The position numbers and the translations under genes were made by a program. 64,000 bases of DNA from Podospora anserina (Eukaryota), in contig CM030333.1 in the NCBI GenBank assembly GCA_017654855.1, positions 2,728,001-2,792,000 of the forward strand, in the 5' to 3' direction. Below, piece by piece: positions 56,657-64,000 of the stretch (the stretch's first letter is position 1; every line of letters begins with the position of its first letter). The notes beneath the pieces were generated by a model that had not been told where the DNA came from, did no database searches, and worked only from the letters and a program-made list of their open reading frames with translations.

Positions 56657-57900
56657 ATGCGTGCGTCATTCTCGTTGTTGCTCCCCATCCTGGGGTTGCT
56701 ATCGACAGGCGCCCACGCAATCGTTCGCTTTCATTGCAGTGCGCTTACAGTACAGCGCTTGGATCCTCTCGTCAACCCTGGGATGATACCCTCAACCCAC
56801 GTCCATCAAATAGTGGGCGGCGATGCCTTTAACGCCAGCATGGATCCCTCGCTCGACCTTCCCGAACTATCCACCTGCACATCTTGTCAGTTTGCCGAGG
56901 ACTTTTCGAACTACTGGACAGCCGTGCTCTACTTCAAGGCCAAAAATGGAACATACAAGAGGGTGCCACAACTGGGGAACAACCAGTTTGAAAAGGCCAA
57001 GGGAGGGTTGACCATCTACTACATGCAGGATGCCATCTATGACAGGAATCAGAAGAGCAATGTTCAGGCCTTCCAACCAGTCAGTTAATATCTCTTCTGC
57101 CTGCCTTGGATTGTGCTAATCACCAGTGAAACAGGGCTTTCGCATGTTCGTCGGTGACCTCAATGCCCGGACAATCGAGGAAGCTGCCCGCTTCCGTCAA
57201 CTCACATACGTCTGCATGGATACTTGGACCTCGCGCGCCCCAGAAACGATGGCCTTCCCGACAAGAAAATGCCCAGAAGGCATCATGACCTCCGTCCGAT
57301 TTCCTACTTGCTGGGATGGCAAGAATCTGGACTCCCCCGATCACATGGCGCACATGTCTTACCCTGAGTATGGAACTTTCGAGAGCGGTGGTCCCTGCCC
57401 AGCGAGCCACCCTGTGAGAATGCCGCAGGTTTTCTACGAGGTGGTTTGGGATACCAAGATTTTCAACAATGAGGAGTGGCCTGAGGATGGGAGCAGCCCG
57501 TTTGTGTGGAGTTTTGGGGACGCGACGGGTTTCGGGACGCATGGGGATTATTTGTTTGGGTGGAAGGGGGATGCGTTGCAGAGGATATTGGATGCGCCGT
57601 GTTGGTTCAACACGAACTGTGCGAAGGAGAGTGTAAGTGTCGATTGGTATTGGGGGTGGTGCCTGAGCCCCTTTTGTGGAGACGAAAGAGATGCTGATGA
57701 TGTGGGAATACAGAACAGCCCGTTGCAGACGATTGAGCAGATGAATGCGTGTACACAGCCTAGTATGGTGGATGAGGATATCGATGGGTGTAAGTTCCTT
57801 AGCCATTGCTGTTGATTGACACTAACGTTGAACAGGGCTTGACGAACTACCTGGTGGTTGGAAAGCGGACTATGGACATGGACATGGTTCAAGAGAATGA
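56657..57900 (+). CDS. Secreted DUF1996-domain protein, multi-exon
   Basis: Signal peptide; [98 protein letters not shown]. Confidence 0.92.
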
Positions 57901-58108
57901 GGTGACGGTGTATTGAACCCGGTATATGATAAACTCGTACGACTAGATTAAGAATGTGACGATTTTGATGGTTGATTCAGATCAAGCGTACAGCCATCTT
58001 TTGAAACAATCCTGGCTAATCACAAGTTCACAGCCTGTAAAGGAAACATACATTCTCGACACCCCAGAATCCCACAGCTTTAAACATTCCTCCGACTGCA
58101 TCCCAGCC

Positions 58109-58651
58109 TCAGGCGCAAAGAGTCAACACAACATTGCTGCTGGCGCTGCAAACCCTGACCTGGCTGCCCGCGGGCGGCACACCAGCAGGCCAAACAATCT
58201 CCTGCGTGCAAGCCGGGTCAGCGCTCTTGACGGTGATCTTCTTGCCCACAAAGGCGGGGTTGTTGCCAAAGACGTTGCTCAGATCAAACCAGACTTGGTT
58301 GGCGCCCACGTCGAGATTGTAGGCAAAGATGGTTTGGGGTGTGCCGGGGGTGTAGAGGCCGTCGGGGTGGGAGGAGATCTTGAGGGCGCGGCCGCCCGTG
58401 TTGGGGTCTACGTGGAAGGACTCGGCGTAGTAGCCTACTGTGCCGGATAGGCCGTAGGGGCCGGTGATGTTGGTTCCGACTGAGAGGGAATTAGCTGGTT
58501 GAAAAACGTGGAGGAGAGAGGGGGATGGGGAATAGGTACCGGGCCAAACGTAGACGTTGGAGGTGCACTTGTTGTTTACCCGAGCTGAGCCGATGGCTGA
58601 GACGGTAGCTGCCAGGAAGGCAAGGGGGGTGATGAGGTTGGTGAGGAGCAT
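58109..58651 (-). CDS. Bys1-family secreted protein (thaumatin-like fold)
   Basis: ATG 58651, signal peptide, ARVNNKC..VYVW, GGRALKI..DGLY..PQTIFAYNL..VWFDLSNVFG, C-terminal VVLTLCA; one in-frame intron near 58540-58481. Confidence 0.88.
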   Translation of the reverse strand: MLLTNLITPLAFLAATVSAIGSARVNNKCTSNVYVWPGTYSPSPSLLHVFQPANSLSVGTNITGPYGLSGTVGYYAESFHVDPNTGGRALKISSHPDGLYTPGTPQTIFAYNLDVGANQVWFDLSNVFGNNPAFVGKKITVKSADPACTQEIVWPAGVPPAGSQVRVCSASSNVVLTLCA

Positions 58652-60564
58652 TTTGGTGGTTGGGTTGTTGAAATTTGAGAGAATGGGATCTGAGATGGTG
58701 GGAGGTGATGATGAGATGAGAGGATAAGTGGGTGCTGGGGCTTTATAGCCGGCCTGGCGATCTTCCCATAGCGATGCGTTGACTTCGTGAACAGATGCCA
58801 ACTCAATAGTTTGATGTTTTCATTTTCGTGTTTCCATGCTCAAGTCTACTGACAAGTGCTCAGATATTCCAGTCATGTTTCTATTGTGTAAGTGGTATTG
58901 GCGTTCTTGGTAACCTTGTAGAATACGAGCTGTAGCGGCCCATATTTCCAAGCCATCGAAGGCTACCCATGGCGGTCGTTGACTCTCAGGTGTGAACAGG
59001 GCGTCAAGTGATACCAATATTCCATGTTACCAATCCCTGATTCCGATCCAGAGTAACACAATAGTGCGGGGTGACAGGTGACACTGCTTCTGAGCCAGAA
59101 ATAGAACACTTTGGATACTTTTTGTAGAGTCCTTTTAGTCATGTTAACGACTGTTGGCGGCGCAACACTATTTCTTACCAGCATGGCAATTGCGAACTCT
59201 GATCCAGCCCAATCTTGGGCCATCTCGCACGAATATGCAGATGAGCTCAAGGTGGTGGCAGTGCCTTTTGCTCAACGCTTCCAGGTTTTGGTTGTCTCCG
59301 AGAGCATGCAGTTGGCCATCTGAAAAGGGCAAATTTTGGTCTCGGGACTCACCAGAGGTGGCATCGAACTGGATACCCATTCTGGAGTCGGTTTCTCCGT
59401 CTTACAGATGGCTGGAGGATGATGTGAATAAATTTTGTAGAAGTTAGAGAACACGAAAACCCAGTTCTCGTATTATGCAAGGCCGCTGGGGAATATTGCT
59501 TGGCGTGCAGGTGCTATTCTTTTTTCCATTGACCTTCGAGTTTCGGCAAGCAACCCGACATTGTATGGGCCTTTAGTACAGATTTATACATGCATAAGCT
59601 TTCTCCAGTGCGACTACTCACAACGCCAAATCTATGTCACCGGCAACTGACTTTAGCATTGAGACTCTTAAGGGACAAGAAGTAAGTGCCACCACACCAT
59701 TACATCCCTGTATTTGGACTATCTCCTGCTTGAGGCTCAAAGGGAACAGGAATTGGAGCAAACTCTCGACGCCCACCATGCTAATCCCCCTGTGGTCAGT
59801 CAAGCTCATGTTCACAGGCAGGAGCAACCCACTTGGCACCTTCCACACTCGACCAGCAGCACCTTCCTTATATATACCCCACGCTCGCCATCACTCTCAT
59901 CAAACAAACAACTTGCACAGTAAGAAAGCTCTGTGGCGCAGTGGTTAACCGCGACGGGTGGCTGGCTCCTTCTGAAGAGTCACCACCAAACGTGGGTCGA
60001 GCGTAAGTCCAACCACCTCCCTCTGAAGCTGCGAGTTCGAGGCCCAATACTTTTTGACATTTTCTCTTTTTATCGGTCTTCAACCACCACACTTGCTTTT
60101 TTTTCGACCACAGATCCCAGCAATGGTCGTGACAATGATTGAGAAACGCTGCCAGACACTTCATCCTTCTTGTCGGCTTGATATTTTGCTATTTTGTTTA
60201 CATTTACCACTGTCGTAACCTGACTGGAGATCGAGATCATCCGTGATGGGTCTATTCTGTACACTTCCATTGCTTGTCTGCCGGAGGTTACTGCGGGGAA
60301 GATTTAGAGATAGATTGCTTTTGAATGTCACTCTCCTGCATCACATCACTCCCGTTGGCTGGGCATTTCGGATGCTTTCCATCAACCAATTTACCCACCA
60401 ACCATTCCGGCTCCCGGATGGGTACCTGGATGCAAAGCAATTACAGTGAAACTGTCGTGATATCTCAACATCATTTGTGGTGATGTATAATTACACCCAG
60501 TAGTCTCACCTTATTCCCCTTCACTGGCTCACCTTCACCACTGACACAAACTTGGAAACTGACC

Positions 60565-61257
60565 ATGCTTTTCACCACCGCATCCGCCCTCGTAGCCACC
60601 CTGTTTGCGGGTCTGGTGTCTGCCCAGACCCCTGTTGGCTTTACTCCAGCTGTGGAAGCCAAGTTGGAAGTCATATACGGCACAAAAGCGACCATCGAAC
60701 CCGGAACAAGATTCACCAAAACAGAGACTGCACGACAACCCACCATTGGCACCAGCGATGTCGCGCTGAATGGCACATATGTCTGGCTTCTCATTGGTAT
60801 GTGTCCATTTCCCTTGTACATGACAATACTGACCTCTCCCAGACCTTGACGTGTAAGGCCAACATCCTTCACCCTCCCAGACTCCTACTGATCCCCCAAC
60901 AGCCCCTCCAACTTCCAAAACCCCTCCTCCGGCCCCCGCCGCACCAACCTCCACGCCCTCATCACGGGCTTCAAATTCTCCGGGCAAACTGTCTCTGTTG
61001 CCGGCGTCAGCAACCCAATCTACACCCTGACATCCTCCTCCACCGGTCCCATCACCTACGTCGGTCCTTCGCCTCCGGCAGAAAACCCCCCTTACGCCCA
61101 CAAATACGTCAGCCTGTTGTACGAGACTCCAGAAGGCTTCACCGTGACAAGGCAGCAAGTAGGACAGACATTCGGCTTCAACTTGACCACATTCGTCGAC
61201 ACTGTTGGGTTGACAGCCGCGCCAGTGAGGGCGAGCTATATCAGTGTAGCTGCATAG
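60565..61257 (+). CDS. Secreted PEBP (phosphatidylethanolamine-binding protein) family protein, 3 exons
   Basis: Signal then QTPVGFTP, YVWLLIDLDVP, NLHALITG, YVGPSPPAENPPYAHKYVSLLYETP, FGFNLTTFV; the middle exon is 10 nt (60843-60852). Confidence 0.88.
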
Positions 61258-61724
61258 GTGCTCCAAAACAACCATGTCTAACGAATGTTGTGGGGAGTTG
61301 AGATCACAGAAATGAGACAAAATCAAACACCACCCAACCCAGCCTCACCCATCCCGCCCCCTTGACCATCCACCCCAAAAATCCTGTTCAACTCCCTCTC
61401 CGCACTCTGATGCCTCGCCTCCCTCTCCTGACTCTGCTCCCTCTTGTCCGCCTGGTGCCACCTCTTCAAACTCTCCAGCTCACCCGTCAACGCAGCCTCC
61501 ACCGCAACCGCAGTGTTCTGCAGTTGCTCAATCTCAGCCATTCACGTCGTGTGTGAGATTTCTCGCTGTTCTCAGGTGAGCCAGTTCGAGGATCTGTTCA
61601 AGTTCTTTTGCAGCAACTCTTCTGTCTCTGTAATTTTGTAGCATTTGATCTCGGCGATCAGGGGCCATATGACCGCAGCACGAGAGCCAGCTTCAGGGCT
61701 GTTTGGCATTTCGCTTGTGGTATT

Positions 61725-61835
61725 TTGCTGGCTGCTTGTGTATGCCCCTTGCTGGCTACTTGTATGTGTCTCCTGTTGGCTACTTGTATATATGTCGCTT
61801 GCTGGCTACTTGTGTTTGCATCTTCCTGGCTGCAA
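61725..61835. repeat. Degenerate ~24-26-bp tandem repeat (TGCTGGCTACTTGTRT.., 4-5 copies)
   Basis: Recurring GCTGGCT(A/G)CTTGT units; on the minus strand reads roughly IQVASK repeats in a broken ORF upstream of a 72-aa coiled-coil ORF (61323-61541). Confidence 0.7.
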
Positions 61836-62142
61836 GTGCTGGCGATTAGGTCTGCCATCTTTGAGATCATCACTATTTTATTTTCCTAGAAAAATGCAAC
61901 GAGCAAGAGAAAGATGAAGGCCTTTTGTAGACATTCAAGTGTGACTCCTTCATTCACAGTCACGGTGTAAAAGGTGTTGGCTGTCGTGAATACATATGCA
62001 CAAGAACAACCATAATAGAGTCAACAATAAACAAGAAGAAGCGATCACCAAATCCACAAGCCACATATTGAAGACAACACAACGCGACTTTGCACACCAA
62101 TTATCAAGTCAACATACCAAACTATCATACAATACCAAACAT

Positions 62143-63549
62143 TTACTCCTCCTTCTCCTCCACCACATCCTCCACCACACGCTCCTTCTCACGAGCCGTC
62201 AAAACGTCCTCGGCCTGTTTGACCAAGGCCTGCATCCGCTCGTCCTCAGAAAGCACACGGACCAACTCCACCAAATCCTCCTCCTCCTCCTTCGTCTCAG
62301 CAGGGACCACCGCGCCAGTCTCCTCGCTCACGAGCGCTTGCTCGTCCGCGACCGGCTGCCCGGCCACGTTGATCTCGCGCTCCCCCGCGAGACCTTCCTC
62401 GTCCGAGCCCTTGTCCTCCACCGCGCGCAAGTGCTCAATCTCTTGTCCGAGCTTGAACTGCCTCTTCTCAGTCTTTCCCCAGCTCGGATAACGCCTATAC
62501 TGGGCGTCACCCGGCAAAATTTTGGACAACTTCAAAGTCGCCCACTCGGTATCCACACCACCGTCCATCCCGACTTGGTGCAAGTTCTTCGCCAGCGCAG
62601 CAGAGTTGGCGGCAAACAACTCAATCTCCTCAATCCGGAACCACGAGATGTACTGGACGCGGTCGTCACCGGGAAGGGTCTCGAATACAGCGATGGGGGA
62701 GTGGAGGCCAGGGGTGTGCTTAACACTGGGGGTGTTATTGCAACCGACGAGGATGGGGCTCTCGTGTTTCTTCTTCTGCCTGATATATGGTTAGTGACTG
62801 TTGTAGTGTAAAGATCAGACCTACTTACCATTCGCCAGGGACAACAATGCGAGAGATATTCCCATACAGGCCAAAGATTTCCATGTCGGGACCATCCTCA
62901 AGGCCATAACGACGAAACTTTATGTTCTCTGTGGTGGCATTAATATTGCGATGGACCTTTTCTTCCTCCGTAGCCTCCTGATGCTGGGCAACAAGGGCAG
63001 CTTTCTTCTCATCGTACCCGGGGAGCAAATAATGCCTGGAATTGGTGTAGACAATGCCGTGGCTCTTCCACAAAGGCTGATCCTCTTCATGGACGATGGC
63101 AAAAGCAATGCCATCTGGGTTGCCCTCGCCGCTGTTAATGGTCTGAAACTGGTAAGACTTGGGGGAGTCGGGTGAGCACTTGAAGTATCTCAGCAACACC
63201 GAACCCTACAACCAACTCGTTAGCTGAGTTACAGAAAAGGAGGTGGCGACAAGGGAGCTGGCTGGTCACTGACGCTGACGGGGCCGAACCAGTTGCTACC
63301 AGCACGATAGCTGGGCGGGTCGCGGCGGAGGTTAAACCCGCCAGAGGCAGGTGAGGACGAAACATTGTTGATGTCCGAAAGGACACCCTCGGCGTTCTCG
63401 CGGATGGCGGTGAGGGAGGCGGCGTATCCGGCGCCGACGTATCGGCCACGGCCACGGCTTCCGCCACGTCCACCACCACGGCCACGAGAGCCACCGCAAC
63501 CACCACGAGAGCTGCCGCCGCGAGGGCCAGGGGTGTTTCCGCGAGCCAT
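62143..63549 (-). CDS. Hypothetical protein with RGG-rich N-terminus and acidic C-terminus, multi-exon
   Basis: ATG 63549 MARGNTPGPRGGSSRGG..; successive ORF pieces 63199-62825 and 62619-62143 separated by intron-like segments. Exon junctions are not fully resolved. Confidence 0.65.
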
Positions 63550-64000
63550 TGTTTTTTCTTCGGGTTTGGGTAAGCGAAGCGGGGTTTTCGAGTGTCGTCT
63601 ACCGCTGGTTGCGATCGTCTGTTGCCGAGGAAGAGAGAAGAGTCTGGGCAACAGATGGAAGAGAATTGAACTGGGTCAGGTTGCAAAAGAAAGAAACCAG
63701 CTTGGGATCTTTTCCTTTGCATTTTGAAGACTTCTGGGTCAAGCTGAAAAGGTTTTTCAAGGGAAAAGCTTTCGGCTCGCGGTATTGGCCAATGGATGAC
63801 ATAGAACCCACGAGGGGTAGCGGAATCAGATGTGTCAAGAACGGGGAAGGAGGAAGCGCCTGTCAGCATGCATAGGCGCCTTCCCGGTGAAGACGAAGTT
63901 GAAACAAGTGGGTTGGAAGGTAAAATCTAGTCAGGAGTTGACAAAATTCAGAATCCCTAATCGACAGTTGAAGTAGGCCACACTATCTAGCTCTATCTTT

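Noticed and set aside
58820-60470. Possible gene relic between Bys1 and PEBP
   Set aside because: A TATA-like element and short ORFs are present but no coherent reading frame or family motif could be reconstructed.
61996-62811. 271-aa plus-strand ORF
   Set aside because: Antisense shadow of the acidic C-terminus of the minus-strand gene; low-complexity Leu/His content.
1-64000. Starship or other giant transposon
   Set aside because: No DUF3435 tyrosine-recombinase captain or recognisable boundary is visible, and the 5S gene is uninterrupted.

Overview
Filamentous ascomycete genomic DNA. Short GT/GC-AG introns with CTAAC/CTGAC branch sites, a dispersed 5S gene, RIP-type lesions and C-rich 5'/G-rich 3' coding gradients suggest a Sordariales fungus, possibly Podospora-like (inference). 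Besides two core genes (NOP10, NOB1) the window is largely accessory: a compact non-reducing PKS cluster (Zn2Cys6 TF, P450, SAT-KS-AT-PT-ACP-ACP-TE PKS) with a TIR element just downstream, a HET-domain gene, a HeLo-like/EH-domain fusion, many small secreted or GPI proteins, and at least four pseudogenes. The most striking unannotated structure is a four-gene island at about 1.8-7.1 kb. It encodes two GPI-type surface proteins with repeated CxxHxDHxHC histidine-triad motifs, a small secreted 8-Cys/4-His peptide and a flavin monooxygenase-like enzyme, and its intergenic DNA carries six ATCAAGGT sites resembling the ZafA/Zap1 zinc-response element. This is a candidate zinc-scavenging module distinct from Pra1/Aspf2. 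A separate divergent pair of surface-protein genes (21.7-24.9 kb) shares three perfect SreA-type ATCWGATAA sites. All family assignments and exon models were made by eye from motifs, without database searches.
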